A program made the translations under genes and the position numbers. 32,000 nt of DNA, taken from the NCBI RefSeq assembly GCF_001545095.1, contig NZ_CP013213.1:30001-62000 (forward strand), written 5' to 3'. Of this stretch, positions 8,257-16,922 are shown one piece after another (position 1 is the first letter of the stretch; each line of letters starts with the position of its first letter). The stretch is from Erysipelothrix larvae. Its GTDB lineage: Bacteria; Bacillota_I; Bacilli_A; Erysipelotrichales; Erysipelotrichaceae. The notes under the pieces are model-generated. The model was given only the letters and a program-made list of their open reading frames with translations, did no database searches and was not told the origin of the DNA.

Positions 8257-8694
8257 ATGATAAAAATCTTTATAAGCTGTGGAGGCGGTATGTCTTCCAG
8301 TGCGCTCGTTCAAAAACTTAGAAGAGAAGCAGCAAATCAAAACTTAGAGGATATGGTTCAGTTTGATTTTTCTCCTTTTAGCTTAGCCGCGCGCGATTAC
8401 AGTGGATACGATATCATCATGGTATGCCCTCACCAACGATATAGAGTCAAGGATTATAACGATCGGTTCATAAAGAATGAAATTCCAATTTATGTATTGC
8501 CCACACGTATTTATGGCACGATGAAATTGAACACAATCATTCAAGATGCTGAAGATATCATTGAAATCTTCAAGTCAAAACCTAAAAATCCAGTATTCTT
8601 CCCTGGTGAAGAAGATCCATTAAAAGTAATGCGCATTGAACCGTTTAATCTTAAAGAATATAACGCATATTCAAGAAAGGAAAAAAGTCATTAA
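8257..8694 (+). CDS. Orphan PTS EIIB (lactose/cellobiose type)-like protein with a ~40-aa C-terminal extension
   Basis: MIKIFISCGGGMSSSALVQKL...DIIMVCPHQRY...YGTM parallels the LicB/ChbB pattern (C.AGMSTS..V, GPQVRY, YG.M). Start moved from GTG 8245 to ATG 8257. Confidence 0.65.
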   Translation: MIKIFISCGGGMSSSALVQKLRREAANQNLEDMVQFDFSPFSLAARDYSGYDIIMVCPHQRYRVKDYNDRFIKNEIPIYVLPTRIYGTMKLNTIIQDAEDIIEIFKSKPKNPVFFPGEEDPLKVMRIEPFNLKEYNAYSRKEKSH

Positions 8695-8695
8695 T

Positions 8696-8719
8696 GGGTT
8701 GAAACTTTCAACCTTTTTT
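8696..8719 (+). terminator. Rho-independent terminator after the EIIB-like gene
   Basis: GGTTGA-aact(t)-TCAACC hairpin followed by a T6 run. Confidence 0.55.
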
Positions 8720-8726
8720 ATTGTCG

Positions 8727-8735
8727 TGATATAAT
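8727..8735 (+). promoter_or_regulatory. Extended -10 promoter element (TGATATAAT) abutting the rnmV start
   Basis: Perfect TGnTATAAT. The hexamer ends 7 nt before the A of ATG 8742. Confidence 0.4.
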
Positions 8736-8741
8736 GAATTT

Positions 8742-9305
8742 ATGAAAAAGATGAATATTAAGGAAGTAATTGTAGTTGAAGGAAAACATGATAAGCAAAA
8801 AGTTGAATCGTGCGTTAATGCGGATATCATCGTTTCATCGGGACTTCATGTTTCACAAAAGTTTTTAGATCTTTGTGACGCTTTGAATAAAGAACGTGGG
8901 ATTATTGTGTTTACCGACCCTGATGGCCCAGGAGAAATGATTCGAAGAAAGATTGTTGAACGTGTTGGAACATGTAAACATGCAAGCTTACATGTATCAC
9001 AATCACGCAAAAATAAAAAAGTTGGGATTGAACATGCATCACCAGAAATGATTTTAGATGCATTGAGTCGTGTTGCGGTATTTGATGTAAACGAAGCCTC
9101 ATTAACAATCCAAGAGCTTCATGAACTCGGGCTCTCTGGAAGAATAGACAGCCAACAACTGCGTGATAAACTATCAAAAGCATATTCAATTCCCAGAATG
9201 AATGCGAAGCGTTCCTTAAAGTATTTGAATATGTTGGGTCTAACTAAAGAAGATATCAAACAAACATTAGAAAGTGGTGAAGCTCTTGGAAACAATCGCA
9301 AATAA
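8742..9305 (+). CDS. rnmV: Ribonuclease M5 (Toprim domain, 5S rRNA maturase)
   Basis: IKEVIVVEGKHDKQKV...IIVFTDPDGPGEMIRRKI is the RNase M5 Toprim signature. The gene sits in its conserved position upstream of rsmA. Confidence 0.85.
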   Translation: MKKMNIKEVIVVEGKHDKQKVESCVNADIIVSSGLHVSQKFLDLCDALNKERGIIVFTDPDGPGEMIRRKIVERVGTCKHASLHVSQSRKNKKVGIEHASPEMILDALSRVAVFDVNEASLTIQELHELGLSGRIDSQQLRDKLSKAYSIPRMNAKRSLKYLNMLGLTKEDIKQTLESGEALGNNRK

Positions 9306-9315
9306 AAAGGTAAGC

Positions 9316-10101
9316 ATGGCATACCTTCAAGAATATGAGTTAAGAGCAAAGAAAAAATTTGGTCAAAACTTTATTATTGATCCATCGGTTGTTCGCAAAA
9401 TTGCGTCATTGAGTCATGGTGGCGATACGGTTGTGGAAATTGGTCCTGGATTAGGGGCTTTAACACAACAACTCGCACTCATGTATAAACAGGTGATTGC
9501 GTATGAAATTGACCCCCATATGGTTGAAGTACTCAGTTCATCCTTGAGTGAGTTGGATAATGTAGAAGTAGTCCTCCAAGATTTTATGAAGGCAGACCTC
9601 TCCCGTTTTAAAGGTCAAAAAGTTAGCGTATGTGCAAACCTTCCGTATTACATCACAACACCACTTCTATTTAAACTCATGGAGTTAGATGTGTATGGTA
9701 TGACCTTAATGGTCCAAAAAGAAATTGGAGAACGGCTCGCGGCAAAACCAAATACCCGTGAATACAGCGCGCTCACCATTCAAATTCAATACTACTTCGA
9801 CGTAAAGACGGTTATGAACGTGTCTAAGGAGTCGTTTCATCCACGTCCTAATGTGGATTCAATTGTTGTGAGTTTAACGCCTAAGGCTGTTGAAATGCCT
9901 TATGATGAGAAGGCGTTTTTTGCATTTGTGAAAGCTTGTTTCCAATTTAGAAGAAAAACGCTCACAAACAACCTCAAAACACTGAATCTTGATGTCGATT
10001 ATCATGCCGTACTTACTTCTTGTGGTATTGATGAAAAGGTACGTGCTGACATGCTTTCCTATGATGACTATATTAAGTTATACGGAGTTCTCTATGCGTA
10101 G
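9316..10101 (+). CDS. rsmA: 16S rRNA (adenine1518/1519-N6)-dimethyltransferase
   Basis: KKFGQNFIIDPSVVRKI, VVEIGPGLGALT, ANLPYYITTP and HPRPNVDS. Start moved from 9274 to ATG 9316. Confidence 0.9.
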   Translation: MAYLQEYELRAKKKFGQNFIIDPSVVRKIASLSHGGDTVVEIGPGLGALTQQLALMYKQVIAYEIDPHMVEVLSSSLSELDNVEVVLQDFMKADLSRFKGQKVSVCANLPYYITTPLLFKLMELDVYGMTLMVQKEIGERLAAKPNTREYSALTIQIQYYFDVKTVMNVSKESFHPRPNVDSIVVSLTPKAVEMPYDEKAFFAFVKACFQFRRKTLTNNLKTLNLDVDYHAVLTSCGIDEKVRADMLSYDDYIKLYGVLYA

Positions 10102-10945
10102 AAAAGCATATGCTAAAGTAACATTAACCCTGCAACTTGTGAAACGAGATCGTGAAGGGGTACATTTCGATAATGTCATTGTCCCAATTGACCTTTTTGA
10201 CATGGTGTATTTGGATGTTGCGGATAAGATGATGCTTCAAACAAATAAAGACTATTTACCACTTGATCAAAGAAACACAGTATATCATGCGATTATGCTC
10301 ATGAAAGAACGCTACAATATCACAGACAATTTCTCAGTACGTATTGTTAAAAACATTCCAGCTCAAGCTGGTCTGGGTGGTGGCTCTGCAGATGCTGCAG
10401 CAATTATTCATCTAATTGATGAAAAATACAATCTGAATTTAACTCTGGATGAAAAAATTGACATTGGACGCCAAATTGACGAAGACACACCCTTTTGTTT
10501 AGTCAATAAACCTGCACGTGTGCAAGGAATTGGGGATGTGATTCAACCGATTCCATTAAATATTGATTTACACTATTTGATTGTAAAACCACCGTATGGA
10601 ATTAGTACAAAACGTTTCTTAAAACGAATACAGACGTTTGAGCATGATGCGGTCATTACAGAATCGATGATTCAAGCATGTAAAGATGGTGATTATCAAA
10701 CGATAATCGTGAATCGAATCAATGAAATGCAGAAAAATGTACTCGCTTATTATCCAAAACTCAAAAATGTCATCCACAGACTTGAAAAGCTGGGTTTAGA
10801 TGGTATTTGTATGAGTGGTTCTGGGACAAGTATTGTCGGTTTTTCTCAAGATATTGAAACGGTAAGAATAGCATATGAACGGATTGCTTTAAAGTATCCG
10901 TTTGTTAAATATGGAACCATAAAAGCACAGGATATGGTAGAATAG
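10094..10945 (+). CDS. ispE: 4-diphosphocytidyl-2-C-methyl-D-erythritol kinase homolog (GHMP kinase)
   Basis: KAYAKVTLTLQL, the GHMP motif IPAQAGLGGGSADAAA, and MSGSGTS. Start set at ATG 10094, an 8-nt overlap with the rsmA stop. The ORF-track extension 9989-10093 overlaps rsmA out of frame. Confidence 0.85.
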   Translation: MRRKAYAKVTLTLQLVKRDREGVHFDNVIVPIDLFDMVYLDVADKMMLQTNKDYLPLDQRNTVYHAIMLMKERYNITDNFSVRIVKNIPAQAGLGGGSADAAAIIHLIDEKYNLNLTLDEKIDIGRQIDEDTPFCLVNKPARVQGIGDVIQPIPLNIDLHYLIVKPPYGISTKRFLKRIQTFEHDAVITESMIQACKDGDYQTIIVNRINEMQKNVLAYYPKLKNVIHRLEKLGLDGICMSGSGTSIVGFSQDIETVRIAYERIALKYPFVKYGTIKAQDMVE

Positions 10946-10962
10946 AGGAGGAGGCAAAACCT

Positions 10963-12327
10963 ATGAAATATGCAATTGTATTAGCGGCCGGAAAAGGGAC
11001 GCGAATGAAATCATCGCAAAACAAAGTAATGCAACCATTACTTCATAAACCGATGATTGGACATGTTGTTGATCAACTTGAAGCAGTGGGTGTCGATGAG
11101 ACAGTTGTTGTGACTGGATATCAAAAAGAATCCATAGAACAATACTTGAAAGATCGTGTTCAATATGCTTATCAAGATGAGCAAACAGGAACAGGAAATG
11201 CTGTTTCTGCAGTACATCAACTCAAAGATAAAAAAGGTTCAACACTCCTATTGTTGGGGGATTGTGCGATTGTACAAAAAGAATCACTTGAGTATATATT
11301 TGAGAATCATAACGGATACGATTTAACAATCCTAAGTGCAACCGTTAAAAACCCGAAGCACTACAACCGAGTACTTCGTGATCATCAAGGTGAAGTTGAC
11401 CGTGTGGTTGATATTCGTGATGCTAGTGATGTGGAAACTTCAATCAATGAAATCAACTTAGGTGTATATGTGTTCAATAATGAATTATTATACAAATACT
11501 TACCTGAAATCAGCGCAAACTTTAAAGATCATCTCAGTGTTACGGACTTAGTAGAGATTATGAAGCGTAATGGTCATAAAATTCAAGCCCTGAAAGTAGA
11601 CGATCCATTCGAGTTTATGGGAATTAATGACCGTGAGCAACTCGCACTTTCAAATAATTGGTTAAGAAATAAAACAAACCACAAACATATGGAGAACGGT
11701 GTGACGTTAGTTGATCCATATGCTACATATATTGGAAGTGATGTTGTGATTGAAGAAGATGTAACTATCTATCCAAATGTTCATATTTATGGTCAATCTA
11801 CAATCAAGAGTGGTTCAACCATTTTATCAGGATCTTGGTTAGAAAATGCGAAAGTTGGTCATAACTCAACAGTCGATAATTCAAAAATCATTAACTCAGA
11901 AATTGGTGATTCAGTTTCAATCGGACCATTTGCACATTTAAGAATGAATACAGTGGTTGGAGATAATGTCAGAATTGGAAACTTTGTAGAGTTTAAGAAC
12001 ACAAATTTCGGACGCAAATCAAATTGTGCACATTTAACCTATATTGGTGACAGTGATGTCGGAGAATATGTTAATATAGGATGTGGTGTTGTTACTGTTA
12101 ATTACGATGGTAAGAACAAGTATCGAACAGTTATTGACGATGGTGCCTTTGTTGGAAGCAATGTTAATCTCATTGCACCAATTAAAGTAGGAAAAAATGC
12201 TGTGGTAGCTGCGGGTTCAACAGTGAATGAGGATGTTGAAGACGGTGAAATGGCTATTGCAAGAACACGCCAGACAAATAAACCAGGGTACGGGGAGATA
12301 TATACAAGTAAGAGGGTAAAGAAATAA
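10963..12327 (+). CDS. glmU: Bifunctional UDP-N-acetylglucosamine pyrophosphorylase / glucosamine-1-phosphate N-acetyltransferase
   Basis: AIVLAAGKGTRMKS, GTGNAV and C-terminal hexapeptide repeats (IG..V.IG.F). GAGGAGGAGG lies upstream. Confidence 0.95.
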   Translation: MKYAIVLAAGKGTRMKSSQNKVMQPLLHKPMIGHVVDQLEAVGVDETVVVTGYQKESIEQYLKDRVQYAYQDEQTGTGNAVSAVHQLKDKKGSTLLLLGDCAIVQKESLEYIFENHNGYDLTILSATVKNPKHYNRVLRDHQGEVDRVVDIRDASDVETSINEINLGVYVFNNELLYKYLPEISANFKDHLSVTDLVEIMKRNGHKIQALKVDDPFEFMGINDREQLALSNNWLRNKTNHKHMENGVTLVDPYATYIGSDVVIEEDVTIYPNVHIYGQSTIKSGSTILSGSWLENAKVGHNSTVDNSKIINSEIGDSVSIGPFAHLRMNTVVGDNVRIGNFVEFKNTNFGRKSNCAHLTYIGDSDVGEYVNIGCGVVTVNYDGKNKYRTVIDDGAFVGSNVNLIAPIKVGKNAVVAAGSTVNEDVEDGEMAIARTRQTNKPGYGEIYTSKRVKK

Positions 12328-12329
12328 AC

Positions 12330-13286
12330 ATGCTAAAGGACACAATCATATTTTCGTTAACATCAAACATAGAGCTTACTAAAGAAATCTGCAACCACTT
12401 AGGAATGGAACCCGGAAAGATTACGGTTCATCATTTTGCGGATGGAGAAATTCTCGTTGAACCGGATGAATCGGTACGTGGAAAGAACATATACTTAGTT
12501 CAATCAACATGTGCACCGGTCAGCGAAAAATATATGGAAATTCTGATTGCGCTCGATGCATTCAAACGTGCGTCCGCAAACAGTGTTACCGTATTAATGC
12601 CATATTATGGCTATGCACGACAAGACCGCAAGGCGCGTGCACGTCAACCAATCACAGCTAAATTGATGGCTGACTTACTTCAAAAAGCAGGTGCGGATCG
12701 TGTTGTAACAATTGATTTACATGCTTCGCAAATCCAAGGCTTCTTTGATATTCCAATTGATGATTTGACTGCAGTTGCAATGATCGGTCAATATTACAGA
12801 AATAAAAATTTCCAAGATGAAGTGGTTGTTGTATCACCAGATCATGGTGGAGCAACACGTGCACGTCGTCTATCTGATACAATTCCGAATTCAACCATTG
12901 CCATTATTGATAAGCGCCGTACAAAACCAAACGTTGCGGAAGCAATGAACTTAATCGGGGATGTAAATGGAAAGATCGCAATTGTTGTTGATGATATTGT
13001 GGATACTGCTGGGTCATTAATGGGAGGGATAGATATGCTTCTCGCAAAAGGTGCAAAAGAAGTATATTGTGCGTGTACACACGGTGTACTCTCAGGACCT
13101 GCAATTGAAAGAATTACAAATTCTCCAATCAAAGAGTTAGTAGTAACAAATACGATTCCACTTGAAAAAGAAAAGAGTTGTGAAAAAGTGAAGCAAATAT
13201 CTGTTGGATATATGCTAGCGAAAGCAATTGAAGCAGTTCAAAATCACACACCAATAAGCATTCTATTTGAATTGTTTGCGGATTAA
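12330..13286 (+). CDS. prs: Ribose-phosphate pyrophosphokinase
   Basis: FADGE, YYGYARQDRK, DLHA.QIQGFF and the PRPP loop VVDDIVDTAGS. Confidence 0.95.
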   Translation: MLKDTIIFSLTSNIELTKEICNHLGMEPGKITVHHFADGEILVEPDESVRGKNIYLVQSTCAPVSEKYMEILIALDAFKRASANSVTVLMPYYGYARQDRKARARQPITAKLMADLLQKAGADRVVTIDLHASQIQGFFDIPIDDLTAVAMIGQYYRNKNFQDEVVVVSPDHGGATRARRLSDTIPNSTIAIIDKRRTKPNVAEAMNLIGDVNGKIAIVVDDIVDTAGSLMGGIDMLLAKGAKEVYCACTHGVLSGPAIERITNSPIKELVVTNTIPLEKEKSCEKVKQISVGYMLAKAIEAVQNHTPISILFELFAD

Positions 13287-13288
13287 TC

Positions 13289-13696
13289 ATGCGTGTTGTG
13301 AATTTGATCATTGTTTTTTCCAAAGATAAACAACGCGTATTGATGTGTAAACGCAGGAAAAATCCCTATAAAGGACTTTTAAACTTTGTTGGAGGAAAAG
13401 CATTTGAACAAGAAGACGGACTAGAGGCAGCATACCGTGAACTTGAAGAAGAAACCGGATTAACACCAGCAAATCTTACCATTCAGTGTTTATTTATTAC
13501 ACAATATATGGATGATGGTGTTGAACTTCAAGTATATTATGGTTTCTTGAACACGGATGTTGAAGTCGTCGCAGAGGTGAATCCACTGTTATGGGTTTCA
13601 ACCTCAGAAAGTTTTGATAACGAAAATAAATATGCTGGGAATGGGAATATCCAGCACATGATGACAATCCTTAAAGAAAAATATGGATTACAATAG
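13289..13696 (+). CDS. NUDIX hydrolase
   Basis: Nudix box GGKAFEQEDGLEAAYRELEEETGL (GX5EX7REUXEEXGU). Confidence 0.8.
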   Translation: MRVVNLIIVFSKDKQRVLMCKRRKNPYKGLLNFVGGKAFEQEDGLEAAYRELEEETGLTPANLTIQCLFITQYMDDGVELQVYYGFLNTDVEVVAEVNPLLWVSTSESFDNENKYAGNGNIQHMMTILKEKYGLQ

Positions 13697-13700
13697 TGTA

Positions 13701-13730
13701 AGAAGCAGAGATTATAGAGTCTCTGCTTTT
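13701..13730 (+). terminator. Rho-independent terminator ending the long plus-strand gene block
   Basis: AAGCAGAGA / TCTCTGCTT perfect 9-bp stem with an 8-nt loop, then TTTTATTATT. Confidence 0.7.
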
Positions 13731-13756
13731 ATTATTATAGATGTATATAAGATAAT

Positions 13757-13797
13757 AAAAAGCAGTGTCACACTAAGCTTGGCGTGATACTGCCTTT
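13757..13797 (-). terminator. Rho-independent terminator after addA (minus strand)
   Basis: On the minus strand, GCAGTATCAC...GTGACACTGC (10 bp, one mismatch) is followed by TTTTTATTAT, immediately after the addA stop. Confidence 0.6.
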
Positions 13798-13799
13798 GT

Positions 13800-16700
13800 T
13801 TAAAGAATTTCAAGGTAATCATTATTGTGGAAACTATAAATATAGGTCTGTATTGATTTACTATGTTCAAGCTTCAGAAGTGCTTGTTTATAAACCTGGA
13901 GCTGAGAAGTATAGCGTTGTTTAAGTGTTTCAAAGTCAGCATTATCTGTCTTATAGTCTACAAGAATAATCGTATCTTCAAATTCATACAGTGCATCAAT
14001 GATACCATTTCGAATGACATCATGATCGGTGTAAATAAAGGGAATTTCCTGTTCCTTGATGTGCGCTTCATAAAGTGTTTGTGTAAATGGATGCGCGTTA
14101 TACCCCAACAATGCTTTATGAAACTTAGGTTCAATGCCACTCAAATCTTCCTGTGTCCAGGTACGCTGAGGTAAATCTTCTGCTGCTTTGTGGAGTGTTG
14201 TCCCATATGCTGTAGCCTCTAAGAAATTAGGGTTGAATGCAAAGGTCCCATGATCAATTTCCTGCGTCTCTATCCGTTTAATTTCTGGAGCAACAAATTG
14301 TGTTGGAGTATCAACGGTTTCAAGTGGCTGAAGTATTTTATACTCGATCGTATTGTAGGTTTCAAAGGCAACACGGCGATGTGTTGAATGTGGTAAAACT
14401 AAAAGCTCAATGAGGTGCTTATATGAGTAGAGAAATGAAGGCGTAAGCAGCTGTTCTGTATATTCTTTCAATAAATCCACAACCACGAGTCGTTCTTGTG
14501 GACGTGTAAGCGCAACGTAAACAAGACGCATTGTTTCTTCAAGATCTTCTGCATCTTGTTTCGAACGCATCAATGTTTTAAGAATCGAAGGCCGCGCAAC
14601 ATTAAGCGGTTCAACTTTATCAACAAGCGAAATCCCTAAAAGGTCATCCGTTGTGATACTTCCTTGTAAGTCGCGATTTACACGACGCCCCATCGACCAC
14701 AGAATCACGACCGGGAATTGAAGCCCTTTAGATTGGTGGATTGTCATTGCGGTTACAACATCATCTGAATCACTAAGTGGGATGGCTTCAGCACTTTTTT
14801 CATCATCGAGATTATTCACAAACTCCATAAATCCCATCAAATTTGGATTGTTTGATGATTGATAGGTAATTGCTTTCTCTAATAGGGAGTCAACATTTGT
14901 CTTATCTTGGATCGAAAGGCGTGAGTGATACGCATCATTTAAGTTAATGACATCTAAGATGCATGATACAACATCTTGATGTTTCCATTTATGACGAATC
15001 CCTTGTAACAGGTCAAAGGTTTCCTTGTCAAACGTTTTGAGCCCTGCATACAGTGATTTTGGGTTGTGTAGTTTTAATTGAGCAAGTGTGTCATAGGAGT
15101 ACCCAATAAATACGGATCTCAAGACGTTTGCTAAAGAGTAGTCTGTCTCATCTTGAACATACTTAAAGAATTGAAGGATGGATGCGACAACAGTAGAGTT
15201 GTAAAAACCACCGCGATCATCAATAAAGTGAGGAATATTTACTTCCTCAAATGCACGTTTCAGAAAGACTTTTTGAGCATGCCCTCGGATTAGAATTACA
15301 ATATCCTTGAAGCGATAACCCATTTCATGATGCCGAATAACTTCTTGAGCAATAATACGTGCTTTACGCATATTACGGTCTTTATCCCATGGAAGATATT
15401 TTGGATCGGGTTCATATAACACATCATCGGTAACAATTAAAAATTCTACGGGTTGGGTGTTTTCTTTTTGGGAAGGAATCCCAGTATCAACTGCATCGTA
15501 ATCTGAGTACGACATACCCGAAGTAAGATTCAATACTTCGTCAAAGAAATCATTGTTGAACTGGACAATATCTTCTTTCGAACGATAGTTAAAGCTTAAG
15601 TAGATATTTTTAATATGATCATCTGTCATAAGGGATTGCATAATTGATGGTTTTGCACCACGGAAGCGATAAATTGATTGTTTGACATCACCGACTCTGA
15701 ATATGTTTGAGCCATTGGATATCAGTTGAATTATTGCATCTTGAAAATCATTGGTATCTTGAAATTCATCAACCATGATTTCATCAAATTGAAGCTTAAG
15801 CTCTTTAGACAACACCCCATCATTATAGGTGAGTAGTGAATAAGCAAGATGTTCGAAATCATCAAAATCCAACCCTTGTATTTCTTTTTTTATGGTTTGA
15901 AACCGCTCTTGATATGCGATTGTGAATTCCACGAGGAGTTTAAGGATCGGCGCTTGTTCATTGAGCGTCTTAACGCTTTGTGAAATGGGTTCGACAGTAT
16001 CAATATAGGTTTTAATCGATTCAGCTAAACGATCACCACAGGCTTTGTATTCTTCTTGGCCACGAAGTGTCTTAATTTTAATGTTTAAAACATCAAGCAC
16101 CTGATTCATAAATGAAATATCGTGATTATCAATACGATGCAATAGATCTTTAAGCGATCCATAGTGTGATAATAATAGGTGGCTTAACTCCTCTTGATTA
16201 TCGATGCCATCGGCAGATTGAATCAAGGCTTGAAGGTTATCTTTAATCAAGGTGAGATGGAGATGGTGATGTGCAAAATAGGCTGTTTTAATCACATCAG
16301 GAAGTGCACTAAAATCTTTGGCATCATAGGTTTGTAGTAAAAAGTTAATCGATTCTTGTTTATCGTGTTTAGAATTGAAATATTTTGAGACACTCATAAC
16401 AGCGTCAAAAAATGGGCCCAAACGTTGAGGGCGTGCAGTAAAGGTCTTTAGGAGGGTTTTCAAATCATCTCTACGAAGCCGTGCCCAATTCTCAATACAT
16501 TCATCCATTGCTTGCTTCTGATACAAAGTAACCATTGCGGGATCCAGGATATTTTGTGTCATTTCATCAGAAATACCCAATAGATATCCATGATCTTTGA
16601 TGAGTGAAAGGCAAAAAGAGTGAATTGTGGAGATGTGGGATGTCTCTACAAGCATCATTTGTTGTGTAAGGTAAGGCGAAGGGTCGCTTTCGTTCTTTTC

Positions 16701-16922
16701 ATAAAGTGCTGCAAGTAGGCGTTTTTTCATTTCATTCGCCGCAGCATCCGTAAAGGTAAGTGCACAGATACGATCGATACTGACACCATCTTCTAAGATG
16801 CGTTTCATGAGCCGAGCAATTAACACAGTTGTTTTTCCTGCACCTGCGGATGCTGAAACGACGACATTCTCGCCCAATGCTTCAATGGCTTCGCGTTGTT
16901 GAGTATTGAACTTAGGACTCAT
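13800..16922 (-). CDS. addA: ATP-dependent helicase/nuclease subunit A (AddA/RexA, UvrD-like helicase plus RecB-type nuclease)
   Basis: FNTQQREAI, Walker A SASAGAGKTTVL, MVDEFQDTN, TIHQSKGLQFPVV, and C-terminal nuclease GIIDALYEFEDTIILVDYKTDN. I prefer ATG 16922, which is 8 nt after AAGGAGG; the ORF track starts at GTG 16931. The start overlaps the addB stop. Confidence 0.85.
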   Translation of the reverse strand: MSPKFNTQQREAIEALGENVVVSASAGAGKTTVLIARLMKRILEDGVSIDRICALTFTDAAANEMKKRLLAALYEKNESDPSPYLTQQMMLVETSHISTIHSFCLSLIKDHGYLLGISDEMTQNILDPAMVTLYQKQAMDECIENWARLRRDDLKTLLKTFTARPQRLGPFFDAVMSVSKYFNSKHDKQESINFLLQTYDAKDFSALPDVIKTAYFAHHHLHLTLIKDNLQALIQSADGIDNQEELSHLLLSHYGSLKDLLHRIDNHDISFMNQVLDVLNIKIKTLRGQEEYKACGDRLAESIKTYIDTVEPISQSVKTLNEQAPILKLLVEFTIAYQERFQTIKKEIQGLDFDDFEHLAYSLLTYNDGVLSKELKLQFDEIMVDEFQDTNDFQDAIIQLISNGSNIFRVGDVKQSIYRFRGAKPSIMQSLMTDDHIKNIYLSFNYRSKEDIVQFNNDFFDEVLNLTSGMSYSDYDAVDTGIPSQKENTQPVEFLIVTDDVLYEPDPKYLPWDKDRNMRKARIIAQEVIRHHEMGYRFKDIVILIRGHAQKVFLKRAFEEVNIPHFIDDRGGFYNSTVVASILQFFKYVQDETDYSLANVLRSVFIGYSYDTLAQLKLHNPKSLYAGLKTFDKETFDLLQGIRHKWKHQDVVSCILDVINLNDAYHSRLSIQDKTNVDSLLEKAITYQSSNNPNLMGFMEFVNNLDDEKSAEAIPLSDSDDVVTAMTIHQSKGLQFPVVILWSMGRRVNRDLQGSITTDDLLGISLVDKVEPLNVARPSILKTLMRSKQDAEDLEETMRLVYVALTRPQERLVVVDLLKEYTEQLLTPSFLYSYKHLIELLVLPHSTHRRVAFETYNTIEYKILQPLETVDTPTQFVAPEIKRIETQEIDHGTFAFNPNFLEATAYGTTLHKAAEDLPQRTWTQEDLSGIEPKFHKALLGYNAHPFTQTLYEAHIKEQEIPFIYTDHDVIRNGIIDALYEFEDTIILVDYKTDNADFETLKQRYTSQLQVYKQALLKLEHSKSIQTYIYSFHNNDYLEIL

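Noticed and set aside
9989-10093. N-terminal extension of the ispE ORF (35 extra codons)
   Set aside because: It overlaps the 3' end of rsmA out of frame. The conserved IspE N-terminus (KAYAKVTLTL) begins right after ATG 10094.
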